DNA from: Leucoraja ocellata
Lineage: Eukaryota
Direction: 5' to 3'
DNA length: 64,000 bases
NCBI GenBank assembly: GCA_036785375.1
Contig: JAWMAR010000502.1
Span: forward strand, 1,116,001-1,180,000
The notes below the pieces were generated by a model, which saw nothing but the letters and a program-made list of their open reading frames with translations, was not told the DNA's origin and ran no database searches. Positions within the stretch are counted from its first letter, which is position 1; the number at the start of each line of letters is the position of its first letter. Position numbers and translations under genes: made by a program. Shown in pieces: positions 47,009-59,409 of this stretch.

Positions 47009-47435
47009 ACACACAGGGACACAGACAGACACACACACGGGGAGACAAACACACACACACACACACAGGGAAACACAGAGACACACACAGGGACACAGAC
47101 AGACACACACACGGGGAGACAAACACACACACACAGGGAGACACAGAGACACACACACACACAGGGAGGCACATACACACACACAAGGAGACACACACAG
47201 GGAGACAGACACACACACACCTTTCCTTCCCCCCCTCCATCCTCCCCTTCCCTCCCTCTTTCCTCCCCTTCCTCTCTCCTCGCTCTTTCCTCCCCCTCAC
47301 TCTCTTTCGTCCCCCTCCCTCTTTTTCCTCACGCTTCCTCTTTCTCCCCTTTCTCCTTCCCTTCCTTCATCCCCTTTCTACATTCACTCCCCCTGTCTCT
47401 CTTTGCCTCCATCCCTCCCATTTTTTCTTTCTCTT
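47009..47435 (+). repeat. Degenerate (AC/AG) microsatellite followed by a polypyrimidine tract
   Basis: Direct reading. Confidence 0.9.
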
Positions 47436-47504
47436 TCTCCGGAGGTTGAATGAAATGAAAAAAAATGAAATGAAATGATTCATTCCTTGCAGTGGAAGCA
47501 GGTA

Positions 47505-47613
47505 GGGAGACTGACAAAAACCTCCGGGAACCTCCGGGAACCGCTCGGAAACCTTGGGTGGGGCACAAAGTCTCCAGAGGTTTCCATTCATGTTTCCTAA
47601 GTGGACAGGGGCA
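47505..47613. mobile_element. PIF/Harbinger-like MITE right end
   Basis: CCTAAGTGGACAGGGGCA resembles the TIR at 17366-17383 and is the reverse complement of 53409 onward. Confidence 0.6.
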
Positions 47614-48286
47614 TTTCACATTGGCTTCTCCAAATGCCGTAATCTATTTGATAATTCTGCGGATGTTTCTTCATCTATTGGTTGCACTTACTCTTCTTTT
47701 CTTTTGGTCAACAACAAAAATGATTGAATCCCCTGTCAAAACATATTGTTTGCCACATTCCAACATTTCTGAAGTAACCATTGGTGCCTTTAACCAGAAG
47801 TTTGTATTTCATTTGCTAAAGGTATAAATCTGTGTACCATGAACCAGTCTCTCAATTACTGTGATATACCATGAAGTGACAGCTCACCACTCAAACAAAA
47901 TGCTAAATCTCCCTTTGCTGTTAACAGAATTCCTGAGAAAGCCTTTAACTGCCTACATAGCCTCAAACCAGTTGGGTCTGCCATCGAGAAAGATAAGTAG
48001 CAGGTACATCCGAACACTCAACAAGATAAATTTGCTTTTCCCATCTTTTTCAGAATGTCCCAAAGACCTTTGCAGCCAATTAAATACTTTTTGAAGATCA
48101 GTCTTTGTTGTAGGAAATCTAACAGCCAACTTCCTTATGGAGTTAACCACAAAGAGCAACATGATAGTGATCACAGAATTGCAACTATTGATTGAGAGAT
48201 AAATATTGGCCACAAAGCCAGGTATAAAGAATGTTGTTGAAGTGATAACAGATAGGTGGATCAAATATATGGTTACCTGACAATTA

Positions 48287-51200
48287 GAGTCAAGAGTCAT
48301 GAGAGTTTTATTGTCATGTGGCCCAGATAGCACAAATAAATTCTTACTTGCTGCAGCACAACAGAATATGTAAACATAGTACAGTACGGGAGATAAAGTT
48401 CAGTGTGTCTATAGACCGTAGACCATATATATACATAATAAATAAACAGATAAAGTGCAATAGTAATAATAGACTTATTGTTCAGAGTTTATTTGATGTA
48501 ATGTTTAATACCCTGATGGCTGTGGGAAAGAAGCTGTTCCTGAACCTGGATGTTACAGATTTCAGGCTCCTGTACCTTCTTCCTGATCGCAACGGAGAGA
48601 TGAGTGTGTGGCCAGGATGGTGTGGGTCTTTGATGATGCTGGCAGTCTTTTTGAGGCAGCGACTGCGATAGCTCCCTCCGATGGTGGGGAGGTCAGAACC
48701 GGTGATGGACTGGGCAGTGGTCACAACTTTCTGCAGTCTTTTCTGCTCCTGGACGTTCAAGTTGCCGTACCAGGCCACGATGCAACCAGTCAGTATGCTC
48801 TCTACTGTGCATCTGTAGAAGTTCGGGAGATCCCTCCTTGACATACCGACTCTCCGTAATCTTCTCAGGAAGTAGAGGTGCTGATTACATATTTCCACCA
48901 ATAAGGACAGACTGTGGCCTGTACATGAGGAAGTTGTGGATCCAATTGCAGAGGGTGCGCAGAGACCCAGATCCGTGACCTTGGTAACCAGCTTGGAGGG
49001 GATGATGGTATTAAACGCCGAGCTGTAGTCTATGAACAACTCCGCCGCCTCCGCGCATTCCATTCTCTAGGCCCTCAACCCTTCATCTTCACCATGGACG
49101 TCCAGTCACTCTACACCTCCATCCCCCACCAGGATGGTCTCAAAGCCCTCCGGTTCTTCCTCGACCAGAGGAGCAACGTATACCCGGCCACTGACACTCT
49201 CCTCCGCCTAGCGGAGCTGGTCCTTACTCTTAATAACTTCACGTTTGACTCCTCCCATTTCCTCCAAACACAAGGCGTAGCTATGGGCACACGTATGGGC
49301 CCCAGCTACGCCTGCCTCTTTTTCGGGTACGTTGAACAATCCTTGTTCAATACGTACCAGGGCCCCATCCCCGACCTCTACCTCCGTTACATCGACGACT
49401 GCTTTGGTGCCACCTCCTGCACCCACACACAACTGACTGACTTCATCCACTTCACCACCAATTTCCATCCGGCACTCAAATACACCTGGACTATTTCCAA
49501 CACTTCCCTACCATTCCTTGACCTATCTCCATCGCAGGTGATAGACTCCTGACCGACATCCACTACAAACCCACTGACTCCCATGGCTATCTGGACTACA
49601 CTTCTTCCCACCCTGCTTCCTGTAAGGACTCCATCCCCTACTCCAAATTCCTCCGTCTACGCCGCATCTGCTCCCAGGATGAGGCGTTCCACACCAGGGC
49701 ATCTGAAATGTCCTAATTCTTCAGGGAACGGGGGGGTTCCCCTCCTCCACCATAGATGGGGCTCGCACCAGGGTCTCTTCCATACCCCGCAACACAGCTC
49801 TCTCTCTCCATCCCCGCACTCGCAACAAGGGCAGAGTCCCCCTAGTCCTCACCTTTCACCCCACCAGCCGTCACATACAACAAGTAATCCTCCGTCAGTT
49901 TCGCCACTTCCAACGTGACCCCACCACTCGCCACATCTTCCCATCTCCTCCCATGTCTGCCTTCCGCAAAGACCACTCCCTCCGCAACTCCCTTATCAAT
50001 TCTTCCCTTCCCTTCCGTACCACCCCTTCCCCGGGCACTTTCCGTTGCAACCGCAAGAAATGCAACACCTGTCCCTTCACCTCCCCCCTCGACTCCATTC
50101 AAGGACAAAAGCAGTCGTTCCAAGGGCGACAGAGATTCACCTGTATCTCCTCCAACCTCATCTACTGCATCCGCTGCTCTAGATGTCAGCTGATCTACAT
50201 CGGTGAGACTAAGCGGAGGTTGGGCGATCGTTTCGCCGAACACCTCCGCTCGGTCCGCAAGAACCTACCTGACCTCCCGGTGGCTCAGCACTTCAACGCC
50301 CCCTCCCACTCCCCAGATGACCTCTCTGTCCTGGGTCTCCTCCATGGCCAGAGTGAGCAACACTGGAAATTGGAGGAACAGCACCTCATATTCCGCTTGG
50401 GGAGTCTGCATCCTGATGGCATGAACATTGAATTCTCCCAATTTTGTTAGCCCTTGCTGTCTCCTCCCCTTCCTCAGCCCTCGGGCTGTCTCCTCCCATT
50501 CCTCAGCCCCCGGGCTCCTCCTCCTCCTTTTTCCTTCCTTCTCCCCGCCACCCCCTATCAGTCTGAAGAAGGGTTTCGGCCCGAAACATTGCCTATTTCC
50601 TTCGCTCCATAGATGCTGCTGCACCCGTTGAGTTTCTCCAGCATTTTTGTGTACCGTCTATGAACAAAAGCCTGACATACGAGTTTTTGTTGTCCAAGTG
50701 GTCCAGAGCGGAGTGGAGAGCCAGTGAGATTGCATCTATTGTTGCCTGTTGTGGCAGTAAGTGAACTGCAGTGGGTCGAGGTTCTTGTCTGGCACCGAGG
50801 TTCTTGTCTGGAACTCTGGCACTGGCCACTAAATCAGCTGCCCTGGACTTTTTATGACTGTTTTTACTGTATTTAATGTTGCTGTTTTTACCTGCACTTA
50901 TTAACTATTCGTACTGTTTTATCAGGGACTGGATTGTTTTTATTGTTTTTATTATGTGTGAAATGTTTAAGTTTTATGTGCGATGCTCCGGTATTCCCTG
51001 AGAAACGTCTTCTCATTTTGCACTGTACACTGCTTTGCAAGATGACAATAAAGGTTGATTGATTGATTGTCGAGGTAGAAGTTGATATGCGCCATAATCA
51101 ACCTCTCAAAGCACTTCATCACCACAGACGTTAGTGCCACTGGTTGATAGTCGTTGAGGCACGTCACCTTGCTCTTCTTGGGCACCGGGATTATTGATGC

Positions 51201-51942
51201 CCTTTTAAAGCAGGTGGGAACCTCAGACCTCAGAAGTGAGAGGTTGAAAATGTCCGCAAAAACTCCAGCCATTTGGTCTGCACAAGTTTTGAGAACACGA
51301 CCGGGTATACCATCAAGTCCAGGCGCTTTCCGTGGGCTCATCCTTTTGAAGGATCTTCTGACATCGGCCTCTGTGACTGTGACCGAAATACCATCACGGC
51401 GAATGGGGGCTCGGGAAGGCACATTTGTGTTCTCCCTATCAAAGCGTGCGTAGAACGCATTGAGCTCATCAGGGAGTAATGCTTCACTGTCATTTGAGTT
51501 GCCTCCTGATTTCGCCTTGTAGGAGGTGATGGCATTCAAGCCCTGACACAGTTGCTGAACATCCGTCTCATCCTCCAGCTACAAGCAGAAGTCCCTTTTG
51601 GCCTTTTTGATGGCCTTACCAAGTTCGTATCTGGACTTCTAGTGTATCTCCAGACCTGAATGCCCGGGATCTGGTCTTCAGAAGAATGCGGATCTCATGG
51701 TTCATCCAAGATTTCTGGTTAGGAAACACTGGGAAGGTTTTTGTTGGGATGCAGTCCTCCACACATTTCCTTATGAAGTCTGTAACGACTGTGGCGTATT
51801 CATTCAGGTTTGTTACCGAGTCCTTGAACATTGCCCAGTCTACAGACTCCAAGCAGTCCTGGAGTTGTTCCTCTGCCTCCCCCGACCAGCTCTGTGCAGT
51901 CCTCACCTCTGGGGGTGCGCTCTTCATTTGCTGCCTGTATTT
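48287..51942 (-). mobile_element. Rex1/Babar LINE (about 1.8 kb of RT ORF) with a nested PLE and a second LINE tail (about 50820-51068, +)
   Basis: LQDCLESVDW, KAPGLDGIPG, PVALTSVVMKCFERL, LFIDYSSAFNTI. The empty site is visible in the paralogue at about 56950. Confidence 0.92.
49040..50655 (+). mobile_element. Young 5'-truncated Neptune-type PLE (RT core, GIY-YIG, terminal repeat with hammerhead at 50559-50594)
   Basis: MDVQSLYTSIPH, QGVAMGTRMGPSYA, YLRYIDD, CNRKKCNTC, LIYCIRCSRCQLIYIGET. 12-bp TSD GTCTATGAACAA at 49028-49039 and 50656-50667; frameshifts present. Confidence 0.94.
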
Positions 51943-52376
51943 ATTATTAATTTGTACATCATTGAAGATAGCAACTCAGCACTTGCTGCATTGATACATC
52001 TTTGGTTCAGTCCAGTTACAATTACTGGGAGGTTTCAGTACCATCAACTCTCAAGAAACCCCAAACCATCCACAACAAAGCAGCCCGCTTCATTCACATC
52101 TCATACACCACCCAAGACATTCACTCTCTGCTCCACTAGCTGCAGTGTTACAATCAAATGCTTTGCTTACTGTAACAGTTATTCACAAATCCACAACTTC
52201 TACCATTCAATGAAAGTCACCATTACTTATATATTGGCCCACTCTGTTTAATGTCTCCTCAGAAGACAATCCCCCACCCAAACTCCTGCCACCTCCACCA
52301 GTAGAATCAATCCAATGAATATTTGTCTCTCCACTCAAATGCATCCTTCTTTGCCGAGACCTAAACACAATATTGT

Positions 52377-52540
52377 TACACAAGAAACTGCAGACGCTGG
52401 AATCTTGAGCAAAACACAATGTTCTATTGTGGGAATAGATAAGTCTGAAGAAGGATCCCGACCCAAAACATCGCCTATCCATTCCCTCTGCCGATGCTCC
52501 CTGAACCACTGAGTTACTCCAGCATTTTATGTTTTGCCCT
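52377..52540. mobile_element. Inverted PLE terminal-repeat fragments with the junction at the hammerhead
   Basis: Minus arm 52377-52425; plus arm starts AGTCTGAAGAAGGATCCCGACCCAAAACATC at 52442. Confidence 0.7.
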
Positions 52541-52762
52541 GTACACAGTATTGTTGGTCTGCTCTCCCTAAGGTCCTATATAATCGTAGTCAAAGTTCTC
52601 TACTCCTTTGCTCAAATCTCCCTGCAATAAAAGCCAATAAAAGAATCTGCTTTTCTATTATTTGCTGAAAATGAATGATAAATTTCAATGATTACTAGAA
52701 TATCCAGGGCGCTCTCCATATATTTAATTCTCTCCTAATTTAAGAAGTACCCAGCGTTTCCA

Positions 52763-52802
<40 letters not shown>

Positions 52803-53373
52803 CAAAGTGGATGACATCATATTTTTCTACATTATATTCCACCTCCTAGGTCTTGTTTATTAATTTAGCCTATATATTTCCCTTTAAAGCCTCCTTCTAT
52901 CCTCCACACAATGCACACTGCCATCCAGTTTAGTATCATCAGCAAACGTAGATATATTGCACCTGATCCCTCCTCCAAATCACTGGTAAACATTTCGACC
53001 GAAGAATGTTCCAGCATCCTTCTGGTGCCCCACTAATCGTAGTCTCCATATATAAAATTTACACCTGCTCCCTGTCCATTGACTCATAGTCAATCTATGT
53101 CACTAAATTACTTCTAGTCCCATATGCTCTTTATGGCTTTAATAATCTTTTATATGGCACCATATTGAAATGCCATCTATCAATCCAAATACACCACATC
53201 TATTGGTTGCTCTTGATTTATTATGTTAGGCACAACCTCAAGAAGCCTTAATGGACGTCAAACTTGATATCCTTTTCATTAATTCACATTTGTTTAGTCC
53301 AATGTTATTATGATTTTCTATGTACCCTAATAATGCCTCCTTATTAACTGAATCTAGTTTTCTCCTTACAAAG

Positions 53374-53595
53374 GCACACAGTGGCGCAGCGGTAGAGTTG
53401 CTGCCTTATGCCCCTATCCACTTAGGAAACCTGAACGGAAACCTCTGGAGACTTTGCGCCCCACCCAAGACTACCGGCAACCTCCGGCAACCACCTGCAA
53501 CCTCCGGGAACCGCACGGAAACCTTGGGTGGCAGCGCCGGAGGCCCGGGTTCGATCTAGTATGTGCGGAGTTTGTACGTTCTCCCCATGACCTGA
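53374..53595 (+). mobile_element. HE1-like SINE interrupted after TTA by a Harbinger-like fragment (53409-53531)
   Basis: SINE sequence GTTGCTGCCTTA|CAGCGCC is split by TGCCCCTATCCACTTAGG... Confidence 0.75.
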
Positions 53596-54183
53596 GTGGT
53601 CCAGTCCATTCATGGATGTTGTCAATTCATTTTCCAGGGATTGGGGAAATCTGACTCAGTTCCATCATAAAAATACGCTGTGGGAGGCATCAACTGAAAA
53701 TTCCATAACTGAGATAAATATATGTGACTTGGGTAGGGATATGCAACAAAACAGAATTGGAATACTGACAGTGTTTATTTACTTAAACCATGAAACACAC
53801 TAGAGGAACCACATACACTACTGTAGCCTCGTTTTAAACAGAAATCACTCTCAGGATCTGGGCATTCCTGGCAAGACCAGCATTAATTACGCATTAATTG
53901 CTCTGAGAATGTGGTGATGAGTCAACTTTGTAAATTGATGAAGACATTCCCACAGTACTGCATTTAGATCCAGTGATGATGAGGCCGACAATATACTTCC
54001 ATATCAGGATGATGTATGATCTGGAGAGGAACCTGCTGGTGATGGAGTTCCAGTGCACCTGCTACTGGCCTCCTCCGTGGTAGAGACTCAAGGTTTGGAA
54101 GGTGCAGTCAGAGTAGCGTACAATGCCTGACTACAATGCACTGCAACTGCATTGCCATTAAAAATTGCCAATAAGGTAATTGT

Positions 54184-54481
54184 TGGGCGGCACCGTGGCG
54201 CAGCGCTCGGGTTGCCACCTTACTGCTCCACAGACCCGGGTTCGATTCTGACTATAGGTGTTGTCTGTATCAAGTTTGTACGTTCTTCCTGTTATCGTGT
54301 GGGTTTTCTCCAGGTGCTCCAGTTTCCTCCCATATTCCAAAGACATGCAGGTTTGTAGGTTAATTGGCTTCAGTATAAATTGTAAATTGTCCCCAGTATG
54401 AAGTGTACAGGGTGATCGCTGGTTGGTGGGGACTTGGTGGGCCGAAGAGCCTGTTTCCACGCTGTATCCGTAAAGTAAAGT
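54184..54481 (+). mobile_element. HE1-like tRNA-derived SINE
   Basis: A and B boxes, central domain, CR1-like tail. Confidence 0.87.
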
Positions 54482-55387
54482 AATTATTTTTGTATCTGGA
54501 ATGTAAAACAAAGGATTTATTTGATGCCAAATATTAATTTAGCTTGTCAGAGGTATATTATTTTCAAAATGCAGAACAAAACATTCCGATTGCTTGAAAC
54601 CCATCTTTCACCCGATACATGTATTCCTTGTACCCGTGGTGTGTGATGGCTGCAAGGTGAGATAGATATGACAGTGGCTTTGGTGAGACTTTTGGATAGG
54701 CACATGGATAGGAAGGGAATGGAGGGATATGGATTATCTGCAAGCAGATAGGAGTGGGTTTTGGCATCATGTTTGGCACATACTTTGTAGGCTAAAGAGG
54801 CCTGTTCCTGCACTGTTCTATTTTCTTTTGAATATGCACCATCATTTCTCACTAAGACTGTAACGGCATCTCCAAAAAACACAACTTCTGCCACATAGTA
54901 CAAAGGGGTGTATGGAAAGTGGCCCATCCTTCAATCCTCTTTGTCCTTCAATATCTTTCCTTCAATCCTCCTTGAATATCATTGCTTTACAGATCACAGT
55001 ATTTCAAAAAGAATGGTTCAAATCCAGTTTTCCAATGCCATTAAAGGTGTATCTGAAATGCTGACAATGCCAATGACCCCAACATCCATTAACATAAATT
55101 TAAAATGGTGTTTTCACGACGCATAACTCAATAAATCTGTGAATCGATGAAAAAGCAAAATAACGTAAATTGAAAATGTGTAATGTTGTCTGTAGGATTT
55201 TCCCACAGCAGAGACAGTTACCGGTAAATATAATTTAAACTGTTATGGCTTCATTTGTTGGAGCTGTGAAGATTGATGGATGATGCGGCAGAAGATTTTA
55301 GTATTATAAATAAAATGTTTTATCTTTATAAATTTTCTACATTTGATTTCAATTTCATATTTACTCTTGTTCTTGAAATTGAAAAGA

Positions 55388-57019
55388 TTCACACTGGCTT
55401 CTGCAAATGCCGTAATCTATTTGATAATTCTGCAGATGTTTCTTTACCTATTGGTTGCACTTCCTCTTTTTTCTTTAGGTTAATACCAAAAATGATTGAA
55501 TTCCATGTCAAAACATGTTGTTTGCTACATTCCAAAATTTGTGTAGCAATCTATCTATCTTTCTCTATCTATGGCGTTCACTCCAACTCGGGGTTGAGTG
55601 GTGTCATCTGCTTCATGATGTCCTGGTGCTGTGTTAGCCATTCATCATCATGCAGTTTCACTTATAAGTAAGCTAGGCGGATGAGCAGTCCTCTCCTAGC
55701 AAGAAAGAAATAACACAATACATAACAGAATTCAACATAAAACATAAACATCCACCACAGTGGAACCAGCACCCGCTGTGGTGGAAGGCACAGTCAATCT
55801 TCCCCCTCCGTTCACCTGTGGTCGGGGTTGTGAACCCTCTGCAGTCGCCGCTACGGATGGCCCGATGTACAAGCCCTCTCGCCAGGGTGATCGAAACTCC
55901 GACATGGGGACGGATCGGAACACTCTGAGACGTGGAATTCCCAAATCGACCTCTTCCTACCGGAAACCGCGGCTTCATGATGCCAAGACCACAGGCCCCG
56001 CGGTCGGAGCACTTCTTCTCGCGTTCCTTGGCAAAGGATTGCAGGCAGCTCAACGATGTTAATGTCCACGCAGCCCCCATGGCTAGAAGCTCCACAGACT
56101 GATCTCCATGCTGGTAAAGTCAGCAGGCCCCCAGCGGTCGGAGCTCCAACCCCCGGCAAAGGATCGCAGCTCCGCTATGTTACAGTCCACGCTGCGCCCG
56201 CTGCTGAAGTTCTGGGCTCTGGGTCAGTCTCTGGTCGGAAAGGCCGCACCAATCCAGTTGGTAGGCCACGAGGGGGGCGAAAATGCGACATGGAGAACAG
56301 TCGCATCTCCGTCGAGGTAAGTGACTGGGAACGGTTTCCCCTATTACCCCCCAGCACCCCCAACACAAGACACACTGGGAGGCGTACATTCAGACATGCT
56401 GAAAACAACAACACACGGGCTGCTGGTGAGGCTGCCGCGCACAACGCCATCTTGGTGCCTTTAACCAGAAATTTGTATTGTATTTGCTAAAGGTATAAAT
56501 CCGTGCAACATGAACCAGTCTCTCAATTACTGTGATATACCATGAAGTGACAGCTCACCACTCAAACAAAATGCTAAAGCTCCCTTTGCTGTTAACAGAA
56601 TTCCTGAGAAAGCCTTTAACTGCCTACATAGCCTCAAACCAGTTGGGTCTGCCATCGAGAAAGATAAGTAGCAGGTACATCCGAACACTCAACAAGATAA
56701 ATTTGCTTTTCCCATCTTTTTCAGAATGTCCCAAAGACTTTTGCAGTCAATGAAGTACTTTTTGAAGATCAATCTTTGTTGTAGGAAATCTGACAGCCAA
56801 TTTCTTTTAGAGTTAACCACAAAGAGCAACATGATAGTGATCACAGAATTGCAACTATTGATTGAGAGGACTGTCGGCCACAAAGCCAGGTATAAAGAAT
56901 GTTGTTGAAATGATAACAGATAGGTGGATCAAAGATATGGTTACCTGACAATTATTAATTTGTACATCATTGAAGAAAGCAACTCAGCACTTGCTGCATT
57001 GATATATCTTTGGTTCAGT
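55388..57019 (+). repeat. Segmental duplication B, copy 2, split by retroposon copy D
   Basis: Colinear with copy 1; the core 56509-56738 is nearly identical to 47838-48067. Confidence 0.9.
55551..56452 (-). mobile_element. GC-rich non-tRNA retroposon, copy D (different 3' tail)
   Basis: Starts at a YY1-like AAGATGGCG. Hairpins at 56279-56310 and 55751-55785; (TAGA)n tail. Absent from the paralogous site at about 47780. Confidence 0.78.
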
Positions 57020-57049
57020 GGATGAGAAATGTTCCTCTGAGTCAAAATG

Positions 57050-57700
57050 CTCTTGGTTCTTGGTCCCCCAAAATATTCCAAATGGAATTTAAACTGGAGG
57101 TGGTGGAGGGAGGACTTGCCAGAATGGGTTATTGGGAAGAAAGAGCTACTTTAAATTTAGTTGCATCTGGTTGGGTAACTATAGTAGGGTGAAGATTATT
57201 CCATGCTTTAATTGTGCGGGGGAAGAACGAATTGCTGTACACATCTGTCTTTGTAGCTGGGATCACAAATTACCAGTCGAGCTGACCATTTAACATTTTG
57301 TAAAAACAGGTCAAACGGTGAGCTTCACGTCTGTCTTGGAGAGGGTTCCGCCACAGTGAATTCAGAAGTTTGGTAACACTCGCTTCTCTCTGATAGGTGT
57401 TAGTAACAAATCGAGCTGCCTGTCTTTGGACACGTTCGATGGAAGAAATGGTTTTATTTGTGTATGGGTCCCATGCTGCAACTGCGTAGTCCAAATGAGG
57501 TCTAACGAGGGTAAAGTATAGCTTCTCCTTGACAGAAGTTGAACAATGATGAAAGTTGCGCCTCAGAAAATTTAGGACACCTGTTGCTTTCACCGTTGCA
57601 TGATGAGTCTGACCATTCCAACGCAAATCATTCTGCAATTTGATGCCAAGATAGTTGGTTTGTTTGGGTTCTTCAAGGGTGGCACCAAGTATATTGTACA
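57050..57700 (-). mobile_element. CR1-group LINE 3' fragment of an invertebrate-like lineage
   Basis: YLGIKLQNDLRW...LVRPHLDYAVAAWDPY...ERVQRQAARFV...YSNSFFPRTIKAWNNL; (CCAAGAA)n tail. Confidence 0.8.
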
Positions 57701-57789
57701 ATGGCACTCCAGAGACTTGAGTAAAAAACAAGAGGGTACTAAACTGACAGTGATGGCATACTTTGATGTTATATATTAACAAATATCTG

Positions 57790-58249
57790 CCTATTATCTT
57801 CGGGGAAAGTGCAGGCCACCAATTTCAAATGCAATTTCATACCATTTCAAGCAGAGTGCAGGCTACCAATTCATTTAATTTCAAGCAGAGTTGAGTTCAC
57901 TCACGGTGTAGACTCACAGTTCTGGACTCAATTCTCACTCACAATCCCCCATGGTGACTGACTCATTTCCGGCCTCCGGGGCTTTATACTCCTGGCCGCC
58001 CAGAAGGGGCGTTACCTTCATCATGGTGATTGACAGGAGAGAGGACCAATCAGCTGATCTCAAGCTTTTTTAAACATTGATAACTTTTTATTTTTCATCG
58101 ATGGGAAAAAGCCTCAGGGCTGCCTCAGCGGAGGGGGACTGTGAGTAAAATGGCAAAAAATCATAGAGGGATATATGGTAGCATTATTTCTAAAATTAAT
58201 ATACAGCACAGACAGGAAGTGATCAAGACGAGACTTTTAGTTATATAGA
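57790..58249 (-). mobile_element. Possible non-autonomous Helitron 5' portion
   Basis: Minus strand starts A|TCTATATAACTAAAAGTC (TC start after A); 3' end not seen. Confidence 0.4.
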
Positions 58250-58521
58250 TAGTTACTCCAGCATTCTGGCCTATATTTCTACCTCACTCATCATCATTAA
58301 ATAATCGCTTCTGATTTCAAATGACATCACATTGTTTGCCTTGCACAAGCTGGCTGCCCTTCAACATCAATTCTTTGGTTCTAAAGCACATTGAAAGGAA
58401 CTGATGTTGAAAATGTCTCTATGTAAATGCACTAAAATACATGACAATTGCCAGTGAGTTATTTTTTTGGAAACAATCTATTTAAAAAATAATGGAATTG
58501 ATCACTATACAGAAAAATATG

Positions 58522-58998
58522 ATGAGAATGATCCTGGGTATGGTTGGGTTAATGTATGATGAGCATTTGACGGCACTCAGCGTGCACTCTCTGGAGTGAG
58601 TAGTTTAGATTGATGAGGGGAGGACCTCATTGAAACCTACTGAATATTGAAAGGCCTGAATAGTGGGTGTGGAGAGGATGTTTAGACTAGTAGGAGAATC
58701 TAGGACCAGCGGGCAGAGCCTCCGAACAAAAGGACACATCTTTAGAAAGGACATGAGGAGTTTCTTTAGACAGAGGATGGTGAATCTATGGACCTATGGA
58801 ATTCATTGCCACTGGTGGGTGTAGAGGCCAAGTCATTGGGTATTTTTAGCAGAAATTGACAGATTCTTAATTGGTGTGTCAAAGGTTATGGGGAGAAGGT
58901 AGGAGAATGGGGCTGAGAGGGAAAAATAGATCAGAAATGATGGAGTTGGCTCGATGGGATGAATGGCCTAATTCTGCTCCTATGATTTATGAACTTAT
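58522..58998 (+). mobile_element. CR1 LINE 3' fragment (decayed)
   Basis: GACCTCATTGAAACCTAC...GGTGAATCTATGG...GAATGGCCTAATTCTGCTCCTATG. Confidence 0.85.
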
Positions 58999-59409
58999 GA
59001 AAAGCACTGTACAAAATGCACAAATGGTTTAAGGGAACCCGGGAAAGGTGGATAGCTGAATAAAGTGGCAGGGTAAGAGTACAAGGGATGGTTCTTGCTA
59101 ATTAGTTTCTTAGAACTATTCAAGAATACGACACTGAACGAGTGGTCAAATTCAAGTCGACACTGTTTGGTAATCATTATCACAGACACACCAAGTAGAG
59201 ATTTGAGGACAGAAGCAGCTGGGGAAGGTCTTTCAGAAAGGATTGGCAAAGCAAGTTGGGAAAAGAAACATTGGAAAGACAAAATAGTAGATAAGAACTG
59301 AAAATAAATTAGACCTTCATACTTGAAAATATTAAGTTAAAGTATATTTTTGTCAATATTACCTCCTTGAACCCAGATAATATAATATTTTTGTCTCATA
59401 TTAAGATGC

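Larger units (their letters stand above)
47615..52010 (+). repeat. Segmental duplication B, copy 1 (47615-48286 plus 51947-52010), split by a Rex1 insertion
   Basis: Colinear with 55388-55550 plus 56453-57019. Confidence 0.9.

Noticed and set aside
46744-47478. Cys/Val- and His/Thr-rich ORFs
   Set aside because: Translations of AC microsatellite across an N gap.
47861-48094. ORF repeated at 56532-56753
   Set aside because: GTG start and no recognisable domain; near-identity at the DNA level explains the repeat.
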